Below, in pieces: positions 45,672-55,722 of a stretch of 64,000 bases of DNA. Position 1 is the stretch's first letter; the number at the start of each line of letters is the position of its first letter. Position numbers and translations under genes: made by a program. Origin of the DNA: a virus (Duplodnaviria > Caudoviricetes). The notes beneath the pieces were generated by a model. It was not told the DNA's origin, did not search any database, and saw only the letters and a list, made by a program, of their open reading frames with translations. The stretch lies in IMG/VR virus record IMGVR_UViG_645044602_000001, positions 9,326 through 73,325 of that record; one strand, 5' to 3'.

Positions 45672-47030
45672 TTAGCTTCCAAGGCTATTGTTCTGACGCA
45701 CTGCCAGAAGGACTTCGTTGATCTCATTGTTGGTGAACTGACTTGGAGCAATAAGCCCTTCATCCAGAGTTTTCTGAGTGACCCAAGCATCAGAGAACAT
45801 CTTTGCCACTTTGTGCTGTGCATCCTTGATGAAGCTGTCGATCTGCTGATCGTACAGGTCTTTCTGTTTTCCAACCGAACCTTCAACAGTCGAACCATCT
45901 GAACGAGTATCGAGAGTTTTCGACCGTTCAGCTTCTGACTGTTCAATGGTCAGAGTAATCTGTTCACCCAGCAACTGAAGCTGACGAGGCAGAGTGTTGT
46001 TGAGGTTGTAGTCTTTGATGTTGGCATCAGACGTAAGGTTACGCTTCTGAAGACCAACCACACCAGAAACTGGAGTGAGACCATCACGACGAGTATCCAG
46101 AGTGTTTGCACGCTGAGTTTCGATCTGCTCTCGAATAAGGTCAGTTTCAGCAGGTTGACGCTGGTTCAGAATGTGCTGCTGCTGTGCCAGTTCAACTGGT
46201 TGCAGCATATCACGCTTGAAATCTTCCATGTCAGCCTGAGTCGGAATAATCCGATCACGTTGCAGCTTCTGGATATCTTCTTCCAGAGGCTGAAGAACAC
46301 GGTTCTGGAACTCAGCAATAGCTGCTTGAGCAGGAAGGATACGATCCACCTGCACATTGTTCATAGCCACCGTAGACGGCATCACAGCAGTACGTTCGTA
46401 ATGCGTGATAGCCAGATCAGCAGGTTGCTGATAATTCCGCTGGAACTGCTTGATAGCGACATCAGCAGTAACTGCATCATGGTTTGCCTCTTCTGTCGCA
46501 ATTTGCATCTTTGTAAGAGCATATTGAGCAGCCGTGAGATTCAATTGGAAGTTGGCATTCGCAGCTTCAATCTTGGTTTGCTCAAGACGAATCAGAGCTT
46601 CAGTTGCCTGAATCTCAGCAATACGAGCCTGCATCTGTGCAGTGATAGCCTGCCAACGAGCTTGGTCTTTTTGAAGAGTGAAACCAACAGCTTGAGCCAT
46701 GACTTGATTGGCTACAGCAGTATAGACTTCAGCATACTGAGAACCAGTAATTCGATTCCCTTTGAATTCGCGCTCAAGGTGCTTGTCCATGGCAGTCATG
46801 AACACGTCAAATGCACCTGTACCTCCAAGGGTTTTATCCCCTAGAGTCACTTCAGCAATCGTAGCACCAATGACATTCTGATACAGAGCAGAGGTGGTAT
46901 CCGGGGTGAAGTTGTACTTCGGATCAGTAAAGTCAGGAGACGGGGGAATATTCACCCCCGTCGTAAGAGCAGTGAACAGACTGTTCGCCAATCCAGACGA
47001 ATTGTCAGAGTTTACGAATTCATTGGACAT
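45672..47030 (-). CDS. structural protein (N4 gp54-like)
   Basis: GTGAFDVFM...HLEREFKGNRITG..YA.VY and G.VGKQKDLY.QQI motifs; synteny. Confidence 0.8.
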   Translation of the reverse strand: MSNEFVNSDNSSGLANSLFTALTTGVNIPPSPDFTDPKYNFTPDTTSALYQNVIGATIAEVTLGDKTLGGTGAFDVFMTAMDKHLEREFKGNRITGSQYAEVYTAVANQVMAQAVGFTLQKDQARWQAITAQMQARIAEIQATEALIRLEQTKIEAANANFQLNLTAAQYALTKMQIATEEANHDAVTADVAIKQFQRNYQQPADLAITHYERTAVMPSTVAMNNVQVDRILPAQAAIAEFQNRVLQPLEEDIQKLQRDRIIPTQADMEDFKRDMLQPVELAQQQHILNQRQPAETDLIREQIETQRANTLDTRRDGLTPVSGVVGLQKRNLTSDANIKDYNLNNTLPRQLQLLGEQITLTIEQSEAERSKTLDTRSDGSTVEGSVGKQKDLYDQQIDSFIKDAQHKVAKMFSDAWVTQKTLDEGLIAPSQFTNNEINEVLLAVRQNNSLGS

Positions 47031-47067
47031 TGCTCTCTCCTTTTTACTTCACCCCGGTATAGACCAA

Positions 47068-47817
47068 TTACTCGTGAGCGTCGATAGCCCCACGAGCCTT
47101 CTGATCTTGAGCAAGACCTGCAATCTCTTCTTTCGTCAGAGGAGGCAGCATCTCGATGTTGAACTTGGGCATGAGAACAGTTTTGTATTGCTTCACACCA
47201 AAACTCGATACTTGTCCACGTTGCTTCACTTCTTTCCGCATCGTGTACTTCTCTTCACGAAGAGCATTCAGCAGGATCTCAGGAATATGGTAGCCATATT
47301 CATTCTCTTCACCATACGGAATGTACTTCGACACCTTGCCACAATACTTGTTGTACACGGTCTTGATAGCACCGGGAACAGCAGAGTCTTGAGGATCAAG
47401 ATTGTGAACTCGAACACGATGCAGTCGCATTGCCTTTGCACGAACGATAGCACGCTTTTCAACTTCAGTCAGACCGGGAGTTGAAGGATTCAGTTCTGCT
47501 TGTGCAGTACGAGGAAGATCCAGCACAGACTTCTTCGTTTTCGAAGGTTCTGTTTTTGGTTCACTCTGCTTGGCAGCCAGTGCAGCCATCAGAATTGGAT
47601 CCGTTTGTTCGTCGTCTTCATCGGGATCAGTCGTAGGTTGATTATCAACCTTTTCCAGCAGAATCGGAATCAGCTTCTCTTTCAGAGTGCCGACACCAGT
47701 ATTACCGGAGAATGGAACTTCCAGTTCATTGGCCACAAACCGAAGCACTTCTTTGTCTTCAGTCGATTCAACAAGAGCCAGCAGTTCTTCGGGGGTTTTT
47801 TTGGTGACATCATCCAT
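47068..47817 (-). CDS. N4 gp55-like protein
   Basis: RVRVHNLDP...KYIPYG...GYHIP...FNIEMLPPLT.EE motifs; downstream of the capsid gene. Confidence 0.75.
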   Translation of the reverse strand: MDDVTKKTPEELLALVESTEDKEVLRFVANELEVPFSGNTGVGTLKEKLIPILLEKVDNQPTTDPDEDDEQTDPILMAALAAKQSEPKTEPSKTKKSVLDLPRTAQAELNPSTPGLTEVEKRAIVRAKAMRLHRVRVHNLDPQDSAVPGAIKTVYNKYCGKVSKYIPYGEENEYGYHIPEILLNALREEKYTMRKEVKQRGQVSSFGVKQYKTVLMPKFNIEMLPPLTKEEIAGLAQDQKARGAIDAHE

Positions 47818-47886
47818 TGGGTTTATCCTTTTGAGTTACCATGGTGTTGTTCGCTTAACACAGCCTAAAAACCAACACAAGAAATG

Positions 47887-47909
47887 AAAAGGGAGGCCGA
47901 AGCCCCCCT
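47887..47909 (-). terminator. rho-independent terminator after the major capsid gene
   Basis: Minus strand GGGGGGC-TTCG-GCCTCCC-TTTT. Confidence 0.85.
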
Positions 47910-47931
47910 CTCCTTACTTATTGTCCTGAGA

Positions 47932-49380
47932 TCACTCAGGGATGGGGCTGTAAGCCACGGCCATACGTTCCCCACGCAGCTTGATAAAGCCGTAGAAGAA
48001 CTTGATCGAGGAGAACCCGATCTTGCCGTATGGGTCAGTCCGGTCAGCAGTGGACTCACCCGGCTTCTTCACGATGATACGGAACTTCGCTTTGCCCGTA
48101 CCAGTCATGCCTTGCAGACCAATCGTAGCAAACGCTTCGTTACCGATGACCAGAAGCGGAGCAACGTCATAGCGACCACCAGTTGCCTGATAACCACCAT
48201 TGGTGCCTTCAGGAGCACCAACACCCTGCCAACGCATCATCTGCGGAACTACAACGATCCGGAGGTGAGCAGTCGGGATAGCACCGATCTCACCATTCAT
48301 GATGGTTGCAGCATCCGCATACTTCTCAACTGGCACGAAATCAGCCCAGTCACTGATCATGATCTGGAGTTCCGAACCAATGTAAGCGATACGCGAAGCC
48401 GAGATCACACGAGTATCCGTCATGCGGCTACCCTTGATGATCGTGGTCTTCTTGGGCGTCCGGTTGTCATCAAGGATGACCGACAGACGCTTCAGATCGC
48501 CAACATCCAGAGCCGTGACTGCACCAGAAGCACCCGAGATAGTGGCGATAGAAGTAGCCACACCCGGATAGATCTTCACGTCAGCCGCGTTCAGAAGGTC
48601 AGCCTGAAGCAGATCCTCATAGATCTCGTTCGCACCACGCAGCATTTCACGAGACAGATGCCCGTAAAGCTCCGAGTCCGTATCGAACATCAGCGAGTCT
48701 TCAGTCCACTCCATGAAGAAGCCGTGCTCTTGGATTTCACCCTTCCGTTCCAGACGGGTAAAGCCCACACGGTTCACACGACCACCTTGCTCAGTGAGCG
48801 TCGGCATCTTGCCCAGAATCGTACCAACGTCACGCGAACCACCATACAGCGAACCGTTGTTCTCCTGCTTCACACCTGCACCAGCAGCAGTGATAGCAGC
48901 ATTAGCATCGGCTTCGTTGGCATAGTGAACCACACTGTCAGTCAGCGTAATCAGAGCCAGACCCGTACCACCTGAACCATCAGCACCAGCAGTTGCCACA
49001 ACTTCAGCCGTACCCGTTGCCGAGTTGACGTTATTGTTAATGGCAGCAACCGCAGCAGCTTTCGAAACGTTCGCAACACGAACACCCGTCACAGGATAGG
49101 TGACAGTGAAAGTACCGGGGACACGAGCCACACCATTGGCGTCGATACCTTGGTCGTTCACGTTCAGATCATCCAGCAGCGGGACGTAGTAGAACACTTT
49201 CAGTTCCTTACCGAAGTTTTTCGGCATGGACTTGGCGTCAGCCAGCGGAGAGAAATACATCTCTTCGGCAGCATCCATCAGGGACTTTCGATCCCAGTAA
49301 TGGGTATTGAACTGGGGACCAATCGAAGATTGGCCTGAACCCGGATCACCCACTTTCGGTGCATTGTAAATCTGAGTCAT
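47932..49380 (-). CDS. major capsid protein (N4 gp56-like)
   Basis: YVPLLDDLNVNDQGIDANG, LTEQGGRVNRVGFTR and DPYGKIGFSSIKFFYG motifs. Confidence 0.95.
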   Translation of the reverse strand: MTQIYNAPKVGDPGSGQSSIGPQFNTHYWDRKSLMDAAEEMYFSPLADAKSMPKNFGKELKVFYYVPLLDDLNVNDQGIDANGVARVPGTFTVTYPVTGVRVANVSKAAAVAAINNNVNSATGTAEVVATAGADGSGGTGLALITLTDSVVHYANEADANAAITAAGAGVKQENNGSLYGGSRDVGTILGKMPTLTEQGGRVNRVGFTRLERKGEIQEHGFFMEWTEDSLMFDTDSELYGHLSREMLRGANEIYEDLLQADLLNAADVKIYPGVATSIATISGASGAVTALDVGDLKRLSVILDDNRTPKKTTIIKGSRMTDTRVISASRIAYIGSELQIMISDWADFVPVEKYADAATIMNGEIGAIPTAHLRIVVVPQMMRWQGVGAPEGTNGGYQATGGRYDVAPLLVIGNEAFATIGLQGMTGTGKAKFRIIVKKPGESTADRTDPYGKIGFSSIKFFYGFIKLRGERMAVAYSPIPE

Positions 49381-49411
49381 GGTTTTTTCCTTTCAGTCTC
49401 AGAGTTTCTCA

Positions 49412-50758
49412 TCATTCGGGAGGAGGGAGTTTTGCAAAGTCCTCATCCGACAATTTATCGAAATCAACGGCAGGTTTTCCTGTGTTACCCGTTTGTTTCG
49501 AAGGAGGAGTCGAAGAAAGATGTGGATTGGCAGCAGGTTTCTTCGTTGCCTGCGGCTTCCTCGCTCCCGATGCAAGCGGTTCACTCTGAGGTTGGACACC
49601 ACGAATGGGGGCCATCTGAGTTCCACCTTTAGCGGGATTCACAGAATTGAAAACACCAGCGTTTTTCATCGCCTCACCAACCTGATCAAATGCCTGAAGG
49701 AAGGGGACTCCTTGCAAGTATCCAAGAGATTGTTGGTATCTCAATTCTTCAACTACCTTATCGTACACCCCACTCGCCTTGAAGCCTTGAAGAGTGCCGA
49801 TAAGACTCGGATCTTCGCGGAGACGGGCTTTGGACTTTGGATCCCAGTCACGATGAATGTGGCTGACCAGCGCCTGTCCCTCAGGAGTAGTCAATGCCAT
49901 GTCCAACGCATCCCGGAAGTCATTATCCTGTGGGTTGCCCTGATAGTTCTTTGCCTGATAACCCGAATCTTTTTCGATATCAAGATCCATTGGGTCAATT
50001 TTGTGACTTTTTAGCAACTGGGTAATTGCACCTTTGTCACCTTTCGAAAGATCAATGAGAAAGTTCAGTTGATCTGCTTTGTCCAAACCATGATCCTGAA
50101 GCATTCGATTCAGTTGCTTCATTGGTTTGATCTCTTGCATTCGACGTGAATAATTCACGCCTTGTTGCATGAGTCGAATCGCATCTTCAGGTGAACGAAC
50201 ATGGAAATCTTTTCCATCAGCCTTAAAAGGCGTGGTAACACGTTTGAAGAAACCAATGGCTTCATCAACTTGTGCAGTCTCCATTCCATCCGGAAGTTTG
50301 TAGTACCCAGCTTTGGCAGGTGTTTCCTTACCTTTGGTTACTCCATCGTCTCCGGTTTTGGCTTTGTCGTCAGCCTTCCCTTCTTCTTCGGCGTTTGCAA
50401 CGGGCTGCTTATCACCTTTCGAGGTATCATCTTCGGTTGCTGATTTGCCTTCACCACCCATGGGGTTTTGACCTTCAGCACCTTCTTCTTCTTCCTCGAC
50501 AGTGGTGCCGGAAACAGGATCATCGTCGGACTCATCAGACTCACCACCGTCAGGAGGTGTGTCAGAACCGTCAGTGCTTTGGGGAACAGAGTCATGATTC
50601 GAGACTTGGACTGCTTCATCGAGAACTCCATTGGTGAGGGTTGATTGACCAGCAGGTGCATCACCTGAAAAATCAGACTCATCCAACTTCAGAAAGTCTT
50701 CATCACTCATGTTGTCAAAATCGACTTTGGTTTTCGGTGCCATGATATTCTCCATCAT
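49412..50758 (-). CDS. N4 gp57-like protein (scaffold/tape-measure annotation)
   Basis: Acidic N-terminus, PFKADGK...LMQQGVNY, terminal DKLSDEDF repeat echoing the N-terminal DNMSDEDF; the true start may be 50743. Confidence 0.8.
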   Translation of the reverse strand: MMENIMAPKTKVDFDNMSDEDFLKLDESDFSGDAPAGQSTLTNGVLDEAVQVSNHDSVPQSTDGSDTPPDGGESDESDDDPVSGTTVEEEEEGAEGQNPMGGEGKSATEDDTSKGDKQPVANAEEEGKADDKAKTGDDGVTKGKETPAKAGYYKLPDGMETAQVDEAIGFFKRVTTPFKADGKDFHVRSPEDAIRLMQQGVNYSRRMQEIKPMKQLNRMLQDHGLDKADQLNFLIDLSKGDKGAITQLLKSHKIDPMDLDIEKDSGYQAKNYQGNPQDNDFRDALDMALTTPEGQALVSHIHRDWDPKSKARLREDPSLIGTLQGFKASGVYDKVVEELRYQQSLGYLQGVPFLQAFDQVGEAMKNAGVFNSVNPAKGGTQMAPIRGVQPQSEPLASGARKPQATKKPAANPHLSSTPPSKQTGNTGKPAVDFDKLSDEDFAKLPPPE

Positions 50759-50778
50759 TGGGCTACAGTAGATGTGGC

Positions 50779-50806
50779 AAAAGCCGGGAATTATTCCCCG
50801 GCTTCA
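50779..50806 (-). terminator. possible terminator overlapping the gp58-like stop
   Basis: Minus strand AAGCCGGGG-AATAAT-TCCCGGCTTTT. Confidence 0.55.
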
Positions 50807-51174
50807 GCTTTGATTGCAAGATCACGAGCTTCTTCCAGACTCAGAAGTTCATCTTTGGCCATATTGCCTTGTTCGATGATGTTCTTCATGTAGTTCCGGA
50901 ATTCAGCAACAGCCCCAATGCTTTTGGCACAATCATTGAAAGTCTTTTCAGTGACACGACCAGAAGCCATCAGTTCAGCATATCGCTGAGGTTCGTCAAC
51001 AAAGTAACCAGTCATCACCAGCAACTTGAAATCATCATTCTCAGCCAGACGCTTTGCAGCTTCATACTTCGAAATGATGTCAGCGAAATGAAGTTTCGCT
51101 TCTTCATATTGCTCATGAGTCAGTTCAATGAACTCAGGTTCTTCGGTTCCCATAGACGCATTGTACAGATCCAT
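50791..51174 (-). CDS. N4 gp58-like protein
   Basis: RLAENDDFKLLVMTGYF motif; lies between portal and gp57-like genes; GAGGA RBS. Confidence 0.75.
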   Translation of the reverse strand: MDLYNASMGTEEPEFIELTHEQYEEAKLHFADIISKYEAAKRLAENDDFKLLVMTGYFVDEPQRYAELMASGRVTEKTFNDCAKSIGAVAEFRNYMKNIIEQGNMAKDELLSLEEARDLAIKAEAGE

Positions 51175-51227
51175 TTGGTTCCTCTCAGCAATTGACTAGG
51201 AGCCTGACTTTCAGGCTCCCTTCAGTC

Positions 51228-53639
51228 TTACTGAGTGCTCAATGGACCAATTGGAAGTCTTTGTCCAGAGAGTTGTGGTGGAACCATCGAAGGATCAGAG
51301 AAACCAGAACCCAAAGCAGGAGCACCTTGAGGACCAGTTCCCGGAGCAGCACCCGTTGCAATTGGCTTAGGCATATTCACAGGAGCCATGGTCTGACGGT
51401 TATTCTCCATGTCTGTCAGCTTGTTATAGCCAACAGCAGCTTCGATGTTTTGAGGAGGAGTTTCTCCAGCCAGCAGAGCCTTGGTAACTTCCAGACTCCG
51501 GTTGCCAGCAGCTTGAGCACCCATCTTCTCAACTTCGCGTTCATGCTTCATGCCAGACATCATTTCATCAGTTTCTTCCAGCAGTTTAGCCGCACGAGCA
51601 CGAGCTTCTTCAGCACGAGCCTGATTGAGTTCAATCTCGGTTTGAGCTTTCTGAAGTTCAGCTTCTTTCAGAGCAACTTCCAGCGGATCAGGCTGAGGCT
51701 GGTACGAACGGATTTGTTCAGCCAGATCAGGCATACGCTTGAGGTCTGCGATTTTACCCAGCACGATCTTACGCAGGTTCGGATCCATATCCGGACCAAC
51801 AGTTTGCAGAACCATACCAAGATCATTGGCTTTCTGTTCGTCAACTGAAGCAGTCGAAATATCAACTTTGAGATCGAAGTTTCCTTCCAGTTCTGCACGA
51901 GAAACTTCCACAAACTCACGGTTTGTGACTCGGATGATTTCCTTTTCGCTCAAGAACTTACCGTTCATGGCAATCATTTTCATTCCGATGTCTTGAATAC
52001 CTTTCGCCAAACGACGAAGGATACTCATTTCACGTTGAGCAGCAGAATCCAAAGCACCACGAATACCTGTAGCCACACGACCATAAGCATCTCCAGTGAT
52101 ACCCCCAGAGAACGACTTCACACCAGTCAGTGCTTCAGCTTCAGCATTCTGCCATTGAATCGTTTCATGAGCAGAACGAGGAATCTCAGGGTATTCCATC
52201 TGACGGATGTTAGCTTTTGGATCACCATTTGGGTTGAACTCAAAGTCTTCACCATTGGTGAATCGACGCTTGTTCACAGGATCAAGGAAACCTTTAGCAT
52301 AACCAGTCTGTGCGTTTGCAGATCGACCCATGAGATCAATTACACCACGAGTCACAGCACCAATGATACGCTGATTGTCTTGAAGCAGCGAAGCATCAGC
52401 TTCACCAAAAACTGACTTCAAAATCGGCATATATGGAACGATGACAAATGGAGGACGCTTGTCAGGGAAAGGGTTTTCCCGCATTTCAATAATGGTTTCA
52501 CCAACCCAAGTCACAACGATGGGAACCATGACACCATTATTGTAGATGTCATAGAGACCCCAGTATTCATAGACCAGTACCTTCTGCTTATCAGCAGAAC
52601 CAGTACCTGAAGTACGCATGTCATTGTTTGGCGTTTTGCTTTCATGATCTGGGTTGCCATGGTTCGATTGAATCTTTGCAGATTCCCAATTCACCTGATC
52701 CAGATTTTGGTAATAGTCTTTCTTCGCCTTCAATTCAGAAGGCGTAGCTTCGTAAGTGTAGATCATATACTGGGCTTTTTCCCATTCACCTTCACATGAA
52801 GGATCCACAAATAGGTTTGCCACATTGATGATTCGAACCGATGGGCAATTTTTCACCATACGTTCTTCAATGGTTTCAATCACACCATCAGGTTCAGCTT
52901 TCACAAGCTGTTGCATCTCTACTGACATTTCAGCAGAGGCTTTCAGACTTTCAGGAAGTGATTCCCAATCAGCAACTTCAGCCTGCATCATCTGCATGGC
53001 TGATTGAATCATTTGAGCTTCTTGCTCATCTTGAACCGGGAAATAATTGAAGTTCGTAGTCTCAACTTTTTCAGTTCGATACTCTTGTTCCCAACCAACA
53101 CGAACCACCACAGAACCTTTATCGACAGCAGTACGAACGTACCGATCAATAAAGTCCACCTTGTTGATCTTCGTATCCCACTGCCAGTTCAGGACAACTT
53201 GGTTCTGTTCAGCCTTCGGACCATCTTCATGAGTCCGAGGGAGAACTTGGAACATACGATCTGTATTCAGAAAAGGCTCTGTCAGAGCAGGGTAACGCCA
53301 TTCATTGTGCTTCCGAATAAGTTTCGGCTGCACAGCAGATCGTCCTGCTTTGGCTTTCTTTGGTGCTTCTGCACCAGTAGCATTTCGCAGATCGAGCCAA
53401 CCACTGACGTTTGATTTTTGGTCATCAGTTTCTTGACGAGCAAATTCCAGATCCTGACGAAGATCTTCCAGAGTCGGTTCTTTTTCCCATTCAGTCAGCT
53501 TGTTACCAACGACTTCTTCTTTCTGGGTTTCTTCCAATACTTCATCAAGGTTGTCTGGATCGACACCCTTGTTGGAAGCACTCTCGTTACGGTTATCCGA
53601 CTGGATTTTATATTCGTCATTCATTTGCATCGGGATCAC
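51228..53639 (-). CDS. portal protein (N4 gp59-like)
   Basis: GRSAVQPKLIRKHNEWRY..L.EPFL, ENPFPDKRPPF and EALTGVKSFSGG motifs; the start may be 53630 or 53624. Confidence 0.93.
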   Translation of the reverse strand: MIPMQMNDEYKIQSDNRNESASNKGVDPDNLDEVLEETQKEEVVGNKLTEWEKEPTLEDLRQDLEFARQETDDQKSNVSGWLDLRNATGAEAPKKAKAGRSAVQPKLIRKHNEWRYPALTEPFLNTDRMFQVLPRTHEDGPKAEQNQVVLNWQWDTKINKVDFIDRYVRTAVDKGSVVVRVGWEQEYRTEKVETTNFNYFPVQDEQEAQMIQSAMQMMQAEVADWESLPESLKASAEMSVEMQQLVKAEPDGVIETIEERMVKNCPSVRIINVANLFVDPSCEGEWEKAQYMIYTYEATPSELKAKKDYYQNLDQVNWESAKIQSNHGNPDHESKTPNNDMRTSGTGSADKQKVLVYEYWGLYDIYNNGVMVPIVVTWVGETIIEMRENPFPDKRPPFVIVPYMPILKSVFGEADASLLQDNQRIIGAVTRGVIDLMGRSANAQTGYAKGFLDPVNKRRFTNGEDFEFNPNGDPKANIRQMEYPEIPRSAHETIQWQNAEAEALTGVKSFSGGITGDAYGRVATGIRGALDSAAQREMSILRRLAKGIQDIGMKMIAMNGKFLSEKEIIRVTNREFVEVSRAELEGNFDLKVDISTASVDEQKANDLGMVLQTVGPDMDPNLRKIVLGKIADLKRMPDLAEQIRSYQPQPDPLEVALKEAELQKAQTEIELNQARAEEARARAAKLLEETDEMMSGMKHEREVEKMGAQAAGNRSLEVTKALLAGETPPQNIEAAVGYNKLTDMENNRQTMAPVNMPKPIATGAAPGTGPQGAPALGSGFSDPSMVPPQLSGQRLPIGPLSTQ

Positions 53640-53926
53640 CTCAAGATTTTCGAGAGTTGTTCATAACCCTGTACAGCAATATCTTTTTCTTGACCACACT
53701 CAATCAGAGCATCGCCAAGACGACCCATACGGATTTCATCTGAACCAACAGAAGTACCATTCACGCCTCGAATGACATCTGAAGGATGAGGACAAGGTGC
53801 TGAGACATTCTCAGGGAGAGGTTGTACTCGGACCCCATCTGCGCTCCAGCCGCTGCAACCCACCAGTAGTAGCAACACCGGGGCCAGCAGAACCTTCGGC
53901 AGTAAGTGCTTGGTTCTCAAGTTCAT
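53636..53926 (-). CDS. o-spanin (Rz1-like lipoprotein)
   Basis: Signal peptide with LVGC lipobox, Pro-rich segment and C-terminal LIECG; lysis cassette context. Confidence 0.75.
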   Translation of the reverse strand: MNLRTKHLLPKVLLAPVLLLLVGCSGWSADGVRVQPLPENVSAPCPHPSDVIRGVNGTSVGSDEIRMGRLGDALIECGQEKDIAVQGYEQLSKILR

Positions 53927-54138
53927 TGATCAAACCCTCTTTTTCACGATTCAGTCTCAAGGATCTCGGCGTTCCTTACGCTAAGAGATTCATTCAAATC
54001 AAGAAGTTCATTCTGAAGTTCCAGACGATCTTCTTCATATTTCTCAATCTGATTGACCGTACCTTTGTGATACCCATAAGCAAAAGCCCCCCCAAGGAGG
54101 GCTACTGTTGCTGCAAGAATGATTAGATTACGCTGCAT
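53811..54138 (-). CDS. i-spanin (Rz-like), apparently split by a +1 frameshift near 53961
   Basis: N-terminal TM helix plus coiled coil stops at 53944; removing one C gives ...EILRLNREKEGLINELENQAL...TTSP* ending at 53811 and overlapping the o-spanin. Confidence 0.6.
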
Positions 54139-54785
54139 GTCGATTCACCATTCGATTACGAAGCTCATCCCCAACCTTTCGTGCATCACGAGCACGAGTG
54201 TCACCGGGAAGAACTTTGTAGTCCCATTTGAAACGCTGACGAACACCAAGAGTCTGTTCTACTTCAGCATGACTCAGAGTCGTCCATGGTGATACTGGAA
54301 TGTCATATTCCTTGCAGAGATCCATAGTCCAATCGAGCATGGCATCAATGCCTTCCCAAGTGAGAGGATTGGTTCCCCAATTCAAAGGTGATTCAATAGC
54401 TCCAGCCATAGCATCGACAGACAAACCAAGCCAACCAGTATTCATAGACTTGGTATGTGACGCACCCACTCCGGAACGTACATCGTAATTGACCTGATCC
54501 TGTACTGAGTGATTGCCATCGTATACATTACCCATACGGTCAAACAGCCAATTGTAGTGATCACGTTCAAGGTCAATAATGCCATGAGCACCAGCAGTCC
54601 AATGCCACACAATCCCACGAACTCCCCGAGTGAACAGTTGCTTTGCATCTCGAACTCCCTTGATTTTCATGGCTTGAGCAATGCCTTCACGAGTCTTTGG
54701 ACCCAACATCCCATCAACAGTAAGAACGGGACCCACCCATGATCCCGTTCACTCGACCTTGATACTCTCGCGTGTTGTATGTCAT
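54128..54785 (-). CDS. endolysin: peptidoglycan-binding domain plus N-acetylmuramoyl-L-alanine amidase
   Basis: VDGMLGPKT PG-binding motif; HWTAG, HYNW, SHT..MN and SHAE amidase_2 motifs. The intact frame starts at GTG 54736; the ATGA-coupled ATG at 54785 is one base out of frame. Confidence 0.85.
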
Positions 54786-55336
54786 TTGATGATCCCATCT
54801 GATAGAATTTGTCTGATAGTCGTAGTTGGATTTGCTGGATCATAGATGTTCGAGCAAAAGTCATCTGTAGAATCAGTGACTTGGGTATCATTTGCCATCA
54901 CATCATATCGCACGCAAATGTAGAAAGGTTCTTCTGGAATAGCAGGTGGATCTGACTGTTCGTTGTCAAAGAATGCTTCCCATGCCCAAAAACGAGGAAC
55001 ATCATCAGAAACTCGATAGTTTCCATATCCACGACGTGAAGTCAGACGTGTTCCATCTGCGGCATATACAGAAGCTATCCAGACACCATTCACATTCTGA
55101 TTGGGATCAGCATCATACAGGATCAGAGGTTGCACTTCTGAGACTACATGAACCACTTCAATAGTGGCTGAGATGAATGGACGTTCTGCAATAAAGGTAT
55201 CGTACAAGCCAAGATACGTTCGATGTCCGAAAATCATCAGAATGCAGAGAATAACACCAGCAAGAAGAACTCGGAAATCATCCTTGTTCTTGTTCCCACT
55301 CTTTTCAACACGAAGCTGTGGAATCATATTGCTCAT
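54782..55336 (-). CDS. membrane-anchored protein of the lysis cassette
   Basis: One N-terminal TM helix and a periplasmic-type domain with two Cys; GGAGGA RBS; coupled to holin and endolysin. Confidence 0.65.
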   Translation of the reverse strand: MSNMIPQLRVEKSGNKNKDDFRVLLAGVILCILMIFGHRTYLGLYDTFIAERPFISATIEVVHVVSEVQPLILYDADPNQNVNGVWIASVYAADGTRLTSRRGYGNYRVSDDVPRFWAWEAFFDNEQSDPPAIPEEPFYICVRYDVMANDTQVTDSTDDFCSNIYDPANPTTTIRQILSDGIIK

Positions 55337-55722
55337 GGGTTATCCTCCGAATCCAATTCTCGACCTTCAGGACCGTACTCACGACGTTGAGGGTCCAAGG
55401 CTTTATTGGACTCACCGCTGATGAAACGCTCCACAAGAGTCACAGCAACCAAACCAATAAGGAATGATGCAGCAGTGAGGGTTCCCATTGCTCCAGCCAT
55501 TTCATCAGGTAGGTCTCCGATCCATGGTTTCATGAGAACAGGCCCAAGAACACCGACGCCAAATGCGACAGCACCCCCCACAAATACGACACGAATGCCT
55601 TCTTTCCAACCTGTTTTTAGGACAGCGGCTCTGACTGAACCGCCCAATGCCCCAAAAAACGTGAGCCAAGCAGCACGTTGGTTGAAGACTTCAACGAACA
55701 GGTTTGGATCTTTTTCACTCAT
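55333..55722 (-). CDS. putative holin (3 TM)
   Basis: Three hydrophobic segments (GALGG motif) and a charged C-terminus; upstream of the endolysin. Confidence 0.65.
   Translation of the reverse strand: MSEKDPNLFVEVFNQRAAWLTFFGALGGSVRAAVLKTGWKEGIRVVFVGGAVAFGVGVLGPVLMKPWIGDLPDEMAGAMGTLTAASFLIGLVAVTLVERFISGESNKALDPQRREYGPEGRELDSEDNP

Noticed and set aside
47884-48975. 363-aa ORF antisense to the capsid gene, and similar long antisense ORFs
   Set aside because: These are shadow frames caused by codon bias of the sense gene, with no RBS or recognisable motifs.
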